Numbered from the stretch's first letter, positions 25,722 through 36,564 are shown. The stretch is 64,000 nt of DNA from Candidatus Bruticola sp. (GCA_051874735.1 JBJEGD010000022.1:32402-96401), one strand, 5' to 3'. Notes: generated from the letters alone by a model not told the origin. Translations and numbers: made by a program.

Positions 25722-27140
25722 TCAGTTATCCTTTATGTCGGATTCATCTGACAAACTAGGATCGACAACCGGAAGAGGTATACTACTCCGCGGCTCAATA
25801 CATTTGCTTGAGGCAATAGCTTCCCACTCTGTAGAACGATGATGTACACTGCTCTGCTGATCTGAAGAAGATAAAGTAGCTCCTTCCCGTATAGCTTTCG
25901 GCTTTTTAACTTTAATAGGACGAGTTTTTACCTCGGTATTACTATTAGTCGATATATTAAGCATTAGCCCCATGGAGACCATAGTTACTATTAGAGAACT
26001 CCCTCCCGCTGAAACAAAAGGAAGAGGCAATCCTTTATTGGGAAGCAACCCGGTGACTACTCCTATATTGAAAAGAGTTTGTCCGACAATTTGCAAAGAT
26101 ATACCAAAGGCAATTAAAGCTTTGTAAGGATCAGGACAGGTGAAAGATATTTCTATACAGCACATGATCAGCACAAGAAATATAAGCAGAAGCCCCAAAG
26201 AGCCTATTAGGCCAAGTTCCTCACAAATAATTGCATAAATAAAATCGCAATGCATTTCAGGCACAAAATCGAATTTTTGGCGTGAAAACGGAAAACCTAC
26301 CCCCCAAATACCGCCTGAACCTATAGCTAAAAATGAGTTACAAGCCTGATATCCTATCCCCTGCGGATCGGACATCGGATCAAGCCAGCTAGACAATCTG
26401 GACATACGGTAGGATTCTTTAAATATCATCAGCACTCCGCACAAGAAAGCTAATGAAGAAGATCCGACTGTAAATTGCCAAGGCGTACCTACAGCTATGA
26501 GCATCATAAATATGGTAACACCAATCACAACAATAGTACCGAGATCTTTACCCATTTCGATCAGGGCAAGTAGGACAGCACTAACAGCTAAGGCAGGCCA
26601 CAACACCAGAAAAGTTTTATAAGCAACGTTGAAATTATATTGTAGCCACTCAAAGCTAAAAGTTCTAACACTGGAAACCTCCTGATCAACGCTCAAAGGA
26701 GATTCCTTAGCCTTAACTATCTCTTCATAATTACGGGCTAAAAAATCAGCCCAAAAAAGAATAATCGCTAGTTTAGCAAACTCTCCCGGCTGAAACTGCA
26801 CCCCTCCGACAGAAGCCCAGCGGTTTACTTCGTTAACTGAACTGCTCAATAACGCCCAAATTTGTAAAGCCGCAGTTAAACAAACTAAAGGCAAACTGAC
26901 AACCTGACGCCATTTGCTGAAGTCAAACCATTTGTAGATGCAAAACATCAACACGGAGCCTATAATAAAGAAAAGAACCTGACGGTTAAAGAAATGAAGT
27001 GAGCTATAATTGTAATCAGGAGACAAAGCTCCTAGGCCTATCGAAGCCGAAAGCACAATCAGCAAACCGAAACAAACCAACACAGCAATAACTACGAACA
27101 GTGTTGAAGTAATCGGCTTATTAAAATACTCAAATTTCAT
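25722..27140 (-). CDS. ftsW: SEDS peptidoglycan polymerase FtsW
   Basis: FQPGEFAK, GYQ...AIGSGG, PEMHCDFI, GLPLPFVSAGGSS. Confidence 0.93.
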   Translation of the reverse strand: MKFEYFNKPITSTLFVVIAVLVCFGLLIVLSASIGLGALSPDYNYSSLHFFNRQVLFFIIGSVLMFCIYKWFDFSKWRQVVSLPLVCLTAALQIWALLSSSVNEVNRWASVGGVQFQPGEFAKLAIILFWADFLARNYEEIVKAKESPLSVDQEVSSVRTFSFEWLQYNFNVAYKTFLVLWPALAVSAVLLALIEMGKDLGTIVVIGVTIFMMLIAVGTPWQFTVGSSSLAFLCGVLMIFKESYRMSRLSSWLDPMSDPQGIGYQACNSFLAIGSGGIWGVGFPFSRQKFDFVPEMHCDFIYAIICEELGLIGSLGLLLIFLVLIMCCIEISFTCPDPYKALIAFGISLQIVGQTLFNIGVVTGLLPNKGLPLPFVSAGGSSLIVTMVSMGLMLNISTNSNTEVKTRPIKVKKPKAIREGATLSSSDQQSSVHHRSTEWEAIASSKCIEPRSSIPLPVVDPSLSDESDIKDN

Positions 27141-27178
27141 TTACAACAGCCCCCGATCAGTTACGTTATATAATTTAT

Positions 27179-28612
27179 TCATTCGATAACCGAGGCATAT
27201 TCAGCAAACAGGCGCCCACGTTCCTCAGCATTGCGGAACATATCAAAACTAGAGCATGCAGGAGAAAGCAACACTACACCTCCACTTTCTCGTACCTGGC
27301 TCCATCCTATAGCTACAGCTTCCTGCAAAGTTGACGCTCTGTAAATAGGTAGAGTTCCAAACTGACGTACCGTCTCTTCCAATCGGTCTGCAGCTTCACC
27401 AATTAAAACTAAATAGTTGCAACCTTTAACAATAACCCGCCCCAAAGGAGAAAAATCGAATCCTTTGTCTTTACCACCGGCAATAAGAACTAAAGGAGCC
27501 CGCTTAAAAGCTTCTATAGCCGCTATTACAGAACTAGTATTCGTAGCTTTCGAGTCGTCAATAAAGCGAACACCTTTATAATTTCGCACTAACTCCATAC
27601 GATAATGAAGAGGACGATGGGCTTGCAAAGCAGCTTTTATATTTTCCTGACTGACATGAAGGAAACGAGCCACCACCACAGCAGCTAAAGCATTGGCTAA
27701 ATTATGGGGGCCAGGAAGTCCTGGGTATTCATGTTCCTCCCAAGAAACTACTTGTTCGGCGCATGATTCATTTCTGTACCAAATCCAGCCTTTTTCGTAC
27801 CAGGCGCCTTTAGCTACAGAATGATCGACAGAAAAAGTCATAACTTGCGGACAGGCGGCAACTTCTGGACGCGGGTAAGATGGCAACCAATTAGGAAGGA
27901 GACCTTGGCGCAATAAACTAGCCATACGCTTAGCTTCTGGATCATCGTCGCTGAAAATAGCCAAGTCTGCCGGTCCCATTCTAGCGAACAAACGCGCTTT
28001 GGCGGCAAAGTATTCCTCTAAATTGGGATGACGATCTAAATGATCAGGTGTCACATTGGTCAAAACAGCGATGTGGGGGTGAAACAGATCGACACTTTCT
28101 AATTGAAAACTAGAAATTTCAGCCGTCACAAAACCGTCCGCCTCAGCCTTATCGACTTCAGCTACTAACGGATTGCCAATATTGCCGGCCAAAATAGAAT
28201 GTTTTCCCAGCATACGATCAATAAGAGTGACGGAAGTTGATTTGCCATTTGTACCTGTTACGGCAATAAATTGGGCTTTAGAAAGACTCCAAGCTATTTC
28301 TACCTCACCCAGAACCTTAATTCTGCGGCGCATAGCTTCTTCAATCAGTGGGCTATGTATGGAGACTCCAGGGCTGATAACAATTATGTCACTATTGAAA
28401 ATTTCATCAGAATGTCCCCCGCACTCGTAAGCAACTCCCAAGTGCTGCAGGGCGTCTATCGCTTCGGCGAGCTGCTCTGCCTTTCGAGAATCACTAACTA
28501 AAACTTCAGCTCCCCGCCCTTTTAACACCTCAGCTAAAGCTAGGCCACTCTTGCCCATTCCGATTATGGCGATCTTCTTGTTTTTATAAAGGTTATTAAT
28601 AGTGGAGTTCAT
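27179..28612 (-). CDS. murD: UDP-MurNAc-L-Ala-D-glutamate ligase
   Basis: TGTNGKST, EISSFQLE, PDHLDRH, DSKATN, LSPACSSFDMF. Confidence 0.96.
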   Translation of the reverse strand: MNSTINNLYKNKKIAIIGMGKSGLALAEVLKGRGAEVLVSDSRKAEQLAEAIDALQHLGVAYECGGHSDEIFNSDIIVISPGVSIHSPLIEEAMRRRIKVLGEVEIAWSLSKAQFIAVTGTNGKSTSVTLIDRMLGKHSILAGNIGNPLVAEVDKAEADGFVTAEISSFQLESVDLFHPHIAVLTNVTPDHLDRHPNLEEYFAAKARLFARMGPADLAIFSDDDPEAKRMASLLRQGLLPNWLPSYPRPEVAACPQVMTFSVDHSVAKGAWYEKGWIWYRNESCAEQVVSWEEHEYPGLPGPHNLANALAAVVVARFLHVSQENIKAALQAHRPLHYRMELVRNYKGVRFIDDSKATNTSSVIAAIEAFKRAPLVLIAGGKDKGFDFSPLGRVIVKGCNYLVLIGEAADRLEETVRQFGTLPIYRASTLQEAVAIGWSQVRESGGVVLLSPACSSFDMFRNAEERGRLFAEYASVIE

Positions 28613-29586
28613 GACAGACCTCCCATAAAATAGAGCACGCCGACTAGAGCCAGTATTACAGAAACAATCACGAAACGAGAAGTTACCTGAACTTCGTGGA
28701 GCCCACTTAATTCAAAGTGATGATGGATTGGACTCATTTTAAAAATCCGCTTGCCGTTAGTTAATTTAAAATAAGAAACCTGCATAATTACGGATAGCGC
28801 TTCAACTACAAAAACTCCGCCTATAACGACAAGTAGGAATTCTGTGCCAGTAAGCAAAGCCAAAGCGGCTAGCGCTCCCCCTAAAGCTAGCGATCCGGTA
28901 TCCCCCATAAAGACACGGGCAGGGAATACGTTGTACCACAAAAAACCTACACAAGCTCCAGCCATAGCAGACGCCGCCAAACAAAGTTCCATATGACCAG
29001 TATAAGCAGCGACAGCACTATAAGCTAGCAAAGCCACCGTACAAGTTCCTCCGGCTAGACCGTCGAGACCGTCAGTCAAATTAACAGCATTGACAGTCCC
29101 ACTAGTCAACAGAAGAGTTAAACCTAGAAGCAACCAAGTACTGCTGACAAAGCCGAACACAGGCACAGTGACTCCCAGAGGCTCTCTTGTAAAGTATAGA
29201 TAAACAAATAGAGCCAATCCCAATCCGAGGAGAGCAGCCATTTTATGGCGTGCTTTCAGACCTAAGCTGCGGTGTTTCATAAGCTTGCTTAAATCATCAG
29301 TCATGCCCAAAACAGCGCAAAATACAGTGACCATGCGAAAAACCCATAGGTCTAACGCATTAGGCGCCCAAAAACTAGCCAGCAGGCCGGCAAAAATAAG
29401 GACGATACCGCCCATAGTAGGCGTTCCCGCTTTAGATAGATGTGCTTTGGGGCCTTCTTCACGAACTTCTTGTCCCCACCCATGACCTTTAGCCCAACGC
29501 AAAAAGATGGGCATACTTACTAATGACAATCCCAAACCTGTAAGAATAGTTAGCCCTATCAAATTCATCCCCGGCAAGTTACTCAT
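28609..29586 (-). CDS. mraY: Phospho-MurNAc-pentapeptide transferase
   Basis: KAGTPTMGG, NAVNLTDGLDGLA, FMGDTGS, PIHHHFE. Confidence 0.97.
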   Translation of the reverse strand: MSNLPGMNLIGLTILTGLGLSLVSMPIFLRWAKGHGWGQEVREEGPKAHLSKAGTPTMGGIVLIFAGLLASFWAPNALDLWVFRMVTVFCAVLGMTDDLSKLMKHRSLGLKARHKMAALLGLGLALFVYLYFTREPLGVTVPVFGFVSSTWLLLGLTLLLTSGTVNAVNLTDGLDGLAGGTCTVALLAYSAVAAYTGHMELCLAASAMAGACVGFLWYNVFPARVFMGDTGSLALGGALAALALLTGTEFLLVVIGGVFVVEALSVIMQVSYFKLTNGKRIFKMSPIHHHFELSGLHEVQVTSRFVIVSVILALVGVLYFMGGLS

Positions 29587-29611
29587 AAAACGCCTCTTTT
29601 TCCCAAAAATT

Positions 29612-31129
29612 TTACTCTACAGTATAAACATCCCTGATCTTCTGGGCCATAGCAGACAAGTTAACAGAATGTGAAGCTTTAATCAACAAACAGTCACCGG
29701 GCTGACGCACTCCGCTCAACATCTCGTAGGCCTGTTCCCAATTTGAAGCCCACAGAGAATGAAGCCCGCAACTTTGGGCTTCCTTAACAGTATTCACACT
29801 TAATTCCCCTACTCCAATCAACATATCTAGACCACTGTTGGCGCAAAGTTTTCCCAGTTGTCGGTGCAGTTCCTTTTCCTCTGCCCCTAATTCCAGCATG
29901 TCTCCTAAAACAGCTAAACAGCGCCTCTTGTCTCCAGTTTGGCCAGCGCCTAATCCGATTTTGCTTAACAAAGATGGAAGTTTAGGCATTAATTCTAAAG
30001 CTGCTTTCACTGAACTGGGAGCAGCATTGTACGAATCGTCTATCAAAACTGTGCCATCGGGAGCGGCCTCAATTTGGAGTCTTTTACCGGTAAGCTGACA
30101 GGAGGCCAAACCGCGAGCCCCTTCTTCTAAACTGACTCCAGCTTCAGAGCAGGCAGCCAACGCAGCCAACATATTAGCGCAATTGTGCCTTCCTGGTACT
30201 GGTAAAAATACTTTGTGAATTCCCATAGGAGAGGCAAAATGCACAATTTGTCCCCAAATTAAGCGACACATACCCCTGCTGTGTTCACTCATTTCTGTTG
30301 TTTTAAGACATTCTTCAGTCTCAAGCAAGTGCCAATCTGCCTGGCTATTGAGCACCCCAAAAGACACACACCGCCCTTTAGCATGTTCATGAAGTAGATC
30401 ATAAAAATCTGAATCAGCTGGAAGTATAGATACACCAGTGAAACTGCTCTCGTCCAAAAGTTCTGCTTTGGCCAGAGCTATTTCTCTCCTACTGCCTAAC
30501 CTTTCCAAATGAGACTCACCTATAGTACTTACAATACTAATACTAGGAACAGCTATTTTGGCTAAACGCTCAATCTCACCACGAGCTCGCATTCCCATTT
30601 CAGTAACCGCCCAGTCAGTATCTAAGCGCAACGACAAAAGAGTTTCAGCAAAGCCTATTTCATTATTGTGGTTGGCCACAGTTGCAGTTACCTTATAGCG
30701 CTGACTAAGAATAGAACGCACAAAATCTTTAACAGTTGTTTTTCCAACTGAACCTGTTACCGCCATAACTTTAGAACCACAACACCGCAAATAATAGCCA
30801 CTTAAAAGAAGATAAGCCTGAAGACAAGAATCAACGTAAATAAGTTTACCCGCATAATTTGGGGACGGTTTAATCTCTCCAGCCTCTCTTATAGACCATA
30901 AAGAAGCAGCAGCCCCTCCTTTTAAGGCACTCTCCACAAATTTATGGCCATTAAAGCGCTCACCGCGCAAAGGTACAAACAATCCCCCGGCTATAGGACT
31001 GCGACTATCAGTAAAAAGACCAGTTAGAACTAAATCTTTTGATATTTGCTGAGGAAGTTCAGATTGAAGAACTGTAGATATTGTTTCTACTTTCCAAATT
31101 TCGGCCATACAGATGTTATAACGTTCCAT
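29612..31129 (-). CDS. murF: UDP-MurNAc-tripeptide-D-Ala-D-Ala ligase
   Basis: TGSVGKTT, NNEIG, EMGM, DDSYNAAP, GDMLELG. Confidence 0.95.
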   Translation of the reverse strand: MERYNICMAEIWKVETISTVLQSELPQQISKDLVLTGLFTDSRSPIAGGLFVPLRGERFNGHKFVESALKGGAAASLWSIREAGEIKPSPNYAGKLIYVDSCLQAYLLLSGYYLRCCGSKVMAVTGSVGKTTVKDFVRSILSQRYKVTATVANHNNEIGFAETLLSLRLDTDWAVTEMGMRARGEIERLAKIAVPSISIVSTIGESHLERLGSRREIALAKAELLDESSFTGVSILPADSDFYDLLHEHAKGRCVSFGVLNSQADWHLLETEECLKTTEMSEHSRGMCRLIWGQIVHFASPMGIHKVFLPVPGRHNCANMLAALAACSEAGVSLEEGARGLASCQLTGKRLQIEAAPDGTVLIDDSYNAAPSSVKAALELMPKLPSLLSKIGLGAGQTGDKRRCLAVLGDMLELGAEEKELHRQLGKLCANSGLDMLIGVGELSVNTVKEAQSCGLHSLWASNWEQAYEMLSGVRQPGDCLLIKASHSVNLSAMAQKIRDVYTVE

Positions 31130-31211
31130 TTCTTAGAAATATAAAATCAAAATAAAATCCTCTTAGTAGAGGCGCACCTCAAACTAAGAGGACCAAAAAA
31201 TAGCTCTGACC

Positions 31212-32825
31212 TTATAGGGCAGCTCGATCTACAACGTAAAGACTGTGATTTATAGCGCGTCGATTCCACTCAGCAGCCATCCGCACGCTAATAGGAGCTA
31301 AAGACTCTCGACTATTTTCTAGAGCCATTGAGCTTAGAACTTTTTCAGCTTGTTCTACGTCGTCGAAGTGAACGGTTTTATCGCTAAACTTCTGGTACGT
31401 TTCATGGCCCTTACCGGCAATAACGACTGTATCGCCAGCTTTAGCGCTGTTCAACGCACGAGATATAGCCTCAGCACGACTGAAAACAACTTCGACATAC
31501 TGCATATATTCTGAGGATATTCCAGCCAAAATCTGACGTATTATAACTTCAGGATCCTCGTTTCTAGGATTGTCGTTGGTTATATAAATTTTATCAGCCT
31601 TTTCAGCAGCTAAACGCCCCATTATAGCTCGCTTGCCGTGATCGCGATCTCCTCCACATCCGAAAACCAAAGTCAACTTGCCTTTTGTAATCATACGAGC
31701 AGAATCGAGCAAATTAGACAAGCCATCTGGAGAATGGGCATAATCTACAATGACAGTAAAGTTTTGGCCTTTACGAACGAGCTGGAAGCGCCCAGGAACG
31801 GCAGCGACCGATTCTAGACCTTTAACAATACACTTTCCATCGATGCGCAAAGCCATACCGACGGCAGCAGCGGCCAAAGCGTTGTGCAAATTAAAGAGTC
31901 CAGAAAGTGGCAAATTTACCTCGAATTCTCCAACACGAGTCTCGATAGTGAAACTCAGCCCACTTGGGTTTGCTTTGACGTCGTAAGCTCGCACATCAGC
32001 TTTGCATGAAGTTCCGTAAGTTATCACCGGAACGCGCCCCTTGACCATTTCAATTAAACGAACTCCATAAGGGTCATCTAAGTTGATAACAGCGAAAGGC
32101 CCAATCTTGCGATCACCATAAGTGCCAAGCCGAGTGAAAAGCTTGGCCTTAGATAAGAAATAATTCTCCATGTTTAAATGGAAATCCAGGTGATCTTGAG
32201 TCAAATTAGTAAAAACGGCGATATCATAGGGAATCCCATAAACTCGATCCAGAGCTAAAGCATGAGATGATACTTCCATGACTAGGCTATCCTGTCCAGC
32301 ATCGAGCATCTTGGCGAACATTTTGTGCAAGTCGAAAGATTCAGGAGTTGTATTAGCAAGTTTAAACTTCTCTCCGGCGACATGGGCCTCGATCGTGCCT
32401 AGCATTCCGGGATTGAATCCAGCTTTCTTAAGAATAGCCTCAATCAAATAAGTGGTCGTTGTCTTGCCATTAGTTCCTGTTACGCCAACGTTTACAAGTT
32501 TTTTTGCAGGATTACCAAAATATGCAGCAGAAAGTTTAGCCAAAGCTCTGCGCGTGTTGTTCGTCTTTATAATGGTAACGCCGGAAGATGGCACCCCATC
32601 AGGGATATGCTCCACCACCAGAGCAGCCGCTCCCTTCTCTAGAGCGTCAGCTGCGAAAGCGTGACCATCACATTGAAAACCTGTCACGCAAACAAACAGA
32701 TCTCCTGACTTAACTTGCCTAGAATCGCAGCTTAAACCGCTTATTTCCGTACTTAGGTCACCTATAACCTCAGTAGATGTAGATCCTATCAGACGACTCA
32801 ATTCAGCGACATTAGTCCTAGTCAT
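31212..32825 (-). CDS. murE: UDP-MurNAc-dipeptide-meso-diaminopimelate ligase
   Basis: TGTNGKTT, MEVSSH, DHLDFH, FGCGGDRD and AGKGHE; the DNPR motif indicates meso-DAP specificity. Confidence 0.96.
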   Translation of the reverse strand: MTRTNVAELSRLIGSTSTEVIGDLSTEISGLSCDSRQVKSGDLFVCVTGFQCDGHAFAADALEKGAAALVVEHIPDGVPSSGVTIIKTNNTRRALAKLSAAYFGNPAKKLVNVGVTGTNGKTTTTYLIEAILKKAGFNPGMLGTIEAHVAGEKFKLANTTPESFDLHKMFAKMLDAGQDSLVMEVSSHALALDRVYGIPYDIAVFTNLTQDHLDFHLNMENYFLSKAKLFTRLGTYGDRKIGPFAVINLDDPYGVRLIEMVKGRVPVITYGTSCKADVRAYDVKANPSGLSFTIETRVGEFEVNLPLSGLFNLHNALAAAAVGMALRIDGKCIVKGLESVAAVPGRFQLVRKGQNFTVIVDYAHSPDGLSNLLDSARMITKGKLTLVFGCGGDRDHGKRAIMGRLAAEKADKIYITNDNPRNEDPEVIIRQILAGISSEYMQYVEVVFSRAEAISRALNSAKAGDTVVIAGKGHETYQKFSDKTVHFDDVEQAEKVLSSMALENSRESLAPISVRMAAEWNRRAINHSLYVVDRAAL

Positions 32826-32858
32826 AATTGTTTCCTGGGCAACCTTAACCTTTCGACT

Positions 32859-34766
32859 TTATTTTATATTGCCTGGTTCATATTCTTCCTGGACATATCC
32901 GGAAACGGGTGGAACTCCCAAAACGGGCAAAATTCTTTTACATATATTACTGAACACAGGAGCGGCTACTCGACCACCGTAGTATTCTTTCGTCGGCCTG
33001 TCGATCTTAATAACTATAACTACGGCAGGATCTTCTATTGGCGCGATTCCTACAAACCCCGCCGTATATTGGTTTGGAAGATAACCGCGTCCGCCTTCGG
33101 CGATTTGCGCAGTGCCTGTTTTGCCTCCAACCTTATATCCAGGAACCCGTGCTCTCTTTCCAGAACCGACACTAACAACTCCAGCCATGATGCTACGAAT
33201 TTCCTTGGCTTCTTCTTTGCTTATTGGACGGCTTAAAACTTCAGGCTTGAGAGAATAAGTAACTTTTTTATCGCAACTAGGATTATCTGGATCTCGCTCG
33301 AGTCTTGAGTATTCTTTAATTTCTTTTCCGTCGGCTGTAACAATAGCTTTAACCAAATGAGGCTTCATGCGAACTCCATCATTAGCAACTCCCTGAACGG
33401 CTGAAGCCAACTGCAAAGGAGTTATGCCCACAGCTTGGCCAAAGGAAATATTCGCCAAAGTTAAATTGCTCCAGTTCTTCCAAGAAGGAAATAAACCGCA
33501 AGATTCACCGTAAACCTCGATGCCTGTTGTTTGACCGATACCGAACTCTTCCAAACTAGTGCCCAAAGCTTTAGCTCCTAGCGACATAGCCAAACTAACT
33601 GTACCAGTATTGAACGAATAAGCAATCACATCGGCAATCGTCTCAGTACCCCGAGAATTCAAACCGTCTTCGGCGTTGTGAATTACCTCGCCCCCAACAG
33701 GGATAGTGTCGGGGCAGTAAACTTGGGAAGTTATGCTATAGCCATTTTTGATGGCTGCGCACGCAGTAAGAACCTTAAAAATCGAACCTGGCTCATAAAA
33801 ATCACAGGCGATCTTATTTCTATAAGACGAAGCAGGATAATCATAATATTGTTCAGGAGCGAAATCTGGATAAGTGGCCATTGCTAAAACATCTGCGCTG
33901 CGAGCATCTAAAATAAGCACAGAGCCCCCAGCCGCTCCGAACTGAACAACTTGCTTTTTCAGTTCATCCTCAGCCACAAACTGGACAAATTCGTCGATTG
34001 TCAATATAATGCTATTGCCGTCAAGTGATTCATTTCCTTCTTGTTGATCTTTATTGAGAACCGGAGCTCCAGGCACAACGTTGCCTTTTGAGTCTACCTG
34101 TTCGTCCATAGAAAAAACCGTTTTCGGAGAGAGCTCCGGATCGAAAAACGCTTCTAGACCTTCTCCCCCATTGTCTTCATCGTGCTCTTCATCGATCTGT
34201 ACAAAGCCCAAAACCTGTGAAGCTAAACGCCCCTTTGGATAATAGCGGAAGCCAGACTTGATTCTATCATCAATTTCGATAGCATTAAGAGAGTATTCGT
34301 CGTCTTTAACTTTACCATCTTGAACGGCCAAGCTCACATCATCCTTCAGCTTAGTTAGTGCTAGACACATCTCATCAGTCGCATTTTTATTAAGATAGGC
34401 AAATGTATCGCTAGTATCTAAAATTTTAAAAAGCTCCTGCTGCTCCATCTTGAGAATAGGCGCCAGTAAAGCACTAGTTTTGGCGGCATCTTTCACTGAG
34501 TCAGGATGGCAATATATTATGCGGCGTTTTCTGCTAGCAGCCAACACGTGGTGGTTTCGATCGTAGATTGTTCCTCTGAGACCGCGCTTCTCAACGTCAT
34601 CGCCCTTAACTGCGTCTTGTTTTTCTTTTACCTTGGAGGAATACATGATGTTATCAACGCCTTGCATCCATAGCTGCCTAGCCATGATAACAGCAAAGCC
34701 GCACACAATGAGGATAAAAATTCCTGCAATCCGTTCTCGAAAACAGCTTTGAAAATCTTTCTTCAT
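32859..34766 (-). CDS. ftsI: Class B penicillin-binding protein (FtsI/SpoVD-like)
   Basis: RGTIYDRN, RYYPKG, EPGSIFK (SxxK), SFN (SxN), KTGTAQ. Confidence 0.92.
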   Translation of the reverse strand: MKKDFQSCFRERIAGIFILIVCGFAVIMARQLWMQGVDNIMYSSKVKEKQDAVKGDDVEKRGLRGTIYDRNHHVLAASRKRRIIYCHPDSVKDAAKTSALLAPILKMEQQELFKILDTSDTFAYLNKNATDEMCLALTKLKDDVSLAVQDGKVKDDEYSLNAIEIDDRIKSGFRYYPKGRLASQVLGFVQIDEEHDEDNGGEGLEAFFDPELSPKTVFSMDEQVDSKGNVVPGAPVLNKDQQEGNESLDGNSIILTIDEFVQFVAEDELKKQVVQFGAAGGSVLILDARSADVLAMATYPDFAPEQYYDYPASSYRNKIACDFYEPGSIFKVLTACAAIKNGYSITSQVYCPDTIPVGGEVIHNAEDGLNSRGTETIADVIAYSFNTGTVSLAMSLGAKALGTSLEEFGIGQTTGIEVYGESCGLFPSWKNWSNLTLANISFGQAVGITPLQLASAVQGVANDGVRMKPHLVKAIVTADGKEIKEYSRLERDPDNPSCDKKVTYSLKPEVLSRPISKEEAKEIRSIMAGVVSVGSGKRARVPGYKVGGKTGTAQIAEGGRGYLPNQYTAGFVGIAPIEDPAVVIVIKIDRPTKEYYGGRVAAPVFSNICKRILPVLGVPPVSGYVQEEYEPGNIK

Positions 34767-35021
34767 AATTATGCTCTTTTTTCATATGAATTATAGATTC
34801 AGCTTTAAACTTATACAAGAGCCATCTACACAAAGAAACCATTAAGCCATGCAGTATAGCACATAATGCAGCTGCAATACACTAGAGAACAAAAGAACTG
34901 GAGCCACAGGATGGAGGGGGATGTGGGAAGGAAGCGACATTGATACGAAGGTGACAGATACACCGGAGGGCCTTAAGCTAACGCTTTACTTTATTATGTG
35001 GATACTAACAGTACCAGGTGC

Positions 35022-35510
35022 TCAACGAGCAGATAACTTATCTTTTTTAGCCGGAGGATAGTAGAATACGCTTACTTTCTGGCCACTGCCTACTGAACTA
35101 AGCTGCACAATGTGAACTTTATCGGCTTGCGGAGACTCCATACCCAGCAGCTTAGCTTGCTCAGAGATTCTTTTCAGCGAAGACAACTCTTCGACTTGAA
35201 GCGCAACTTTATTTTTCTGTTTATCAAGGGCGGCTAATTTATGCTGAGCTCTGTCCAATTCATATTGAACTTCAACGAGCCCAGCGTATTGGAGTGTCAG
35301 TAAAAAGACCAGCATCACTACGATAGAGAAAACGCATAAGCACCAAACTTTGGGAAGTACAGCTAATTTGGGGAGGTCATTCTTAACCTGAGCGGAGATT
35401 TCACTTAGTTCGTCTACAGACCGAACAGTTCTTCTCCTAAGCTGCTTAGCCCATTCTGGCGGGGTGGGCAAATGTTCTACCGACCTACGGACACCAAATT
35501 GAGACATCAA
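35022..35510 (-). CDS. ftsL: Cell division protein FtsL-like
   Basis: One TM followed by a coiled coil (LSSLKRISEQAKLLGM); lies between rsmH and ftsI. Confidence 0.75.
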   Translation of the reverse strand: MMSQFGVRRSVEHLPTPPEWAKQLRRRTVRSVDELSEISAQVKNDLPKLAVLPKVWCLCVFSIVVMLVFLLTLQYAGLVEVQYELDRAQHKLAALDKQKNKVALQVEELSSLKRISEQAKLLGMESPQADKVHIVQLSSVGSGQKVSVFYYPPAKKDKLSAR

Positions 35511-35574
35511 CTTTTCCTTTCTCTATTGCACTAAAAAAAGACTTGCGAAAATCTGCTCTGACTGAAGCTGTTAT

Positions 35575-36564
35575 CTATATCCGCTCAGCAGCACGAAGCT
35601 TAGCTGAACGGGAACGAGGATTATCTTTTAACTCATCGTCACTTGGAAGCAACGGCTTTTTAGTTATTTCTCGTAGAACAGCCTTGGCGCCGCAAGTGCA
35701 TATAGGGGCAAGAGGCGGACAAACACACCGTCCTAATCCGCTTTTAAACGCAGACTTTACAATTCGATCTTCTAAGGAATGGTAACTAATTATGACCGCT
35801 CGTCCGCCATGATTCAGTAGCTCGAGAGCACTCGCAACGCCTCTCTCCAAGACAAAAAGCTCATCATTCACCGCAATTCGCAATGCCTGGAAGGTTCTGG
35901 TAGCAGGATGAATTATCCTGCCCTTAGGATTTGAAGATTTTGTGGGGTTAGGCACTGTTCTGGAAATGAGATTGGCTAGTTCAAAAGTTGTTTCAATTGG
36001 CTTAACAGTGCGTTCTCTAACGATCGCTGCTGCAATTCGACCAGCGTAACGCTCCTCTCCCCAGCGACTTATGATATTTTTTAGCTCTTCACAAGAGGCG
36101 CCATTTACTAAATCGGCAGCGCTAATCGTCTCTGAATTACTATTCGCCATCCGCATATCAAGTTTTCCGTTGTTTTTAAAAGAAAAACCACGCCAAGGAG
36201 CATCTAACTGGTGGGAAGACACGCCTAAATCCATGAGAATACCATCTATGCTAACTACTCCAACTTGAGCAAGTATCTCCTTTAGATCAGAAAAGTTACC
36301 TTGCAAAACGGAAAAGCTAACTTTCTGACCAGCTTGGCCTTCTAAAACTCCGCTGTCTTTGATGACACGTCCAGCTTCCAACAAAGCCTCAGGATCCTGA
36401 TCTATAGATAGCAACCGACCGCCTCCCAATTCTCTGAGCCGCTTTAAAATAGCCAGAGTATGTCCTCCCCCTCCGAGAGTTGCATCTACATATGTATGAC
36501 CATTTTTTATATTTAATAAATCGATAACTTCCGATAAAAGCACCGGAACATGATATTTTTTCAT
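35575..36564 (-). CDS. rsmH: 16S rRNA m4C1402 methyltransferase
   Basis: HVPVLL, DATLGGGGH, DLGVSSHQLD, TRTFQALRIAVN, HSLEDRIVK, NPRSRSAKLR. Confidence 0.97.
   Translation of the reverse strand: MKKYHVPVLLSEVIDLLNIKNGHTYVDATLGGGGHTLAILKRLRELGGGRLLSIDQDPEALLEAGRVIKDSGVLEGQAGQKVSFSVLQGNFSDLKEILAQVGVVSIDGILMDLGVSSHQLDAPWRGFSFKNNGKLDMRMANSNSETISAADLVNGASCEELKNIISRWGEERYAGRIAAAIVRERTVKPIETTFELANLISRTVPNPTKSSNPKGRIIHPATRTFQALRIAVNDELFVLERGVASALELLNHGGRAVIISYHSLEDRIVKSAFKSGLGRCVCPPLAPICTCGAKAVLREITKKPLLPSDDELKDNPRSRSAKLRAAERI

Noticed and set aside
34901-34945. GGAAGGAAGC within atgt...acat, resembling SRP RNA domain IV
   Set aside because: It lacks the CAGG-x-CC half of the conserved symmetric loop and I see no long flanking helix.
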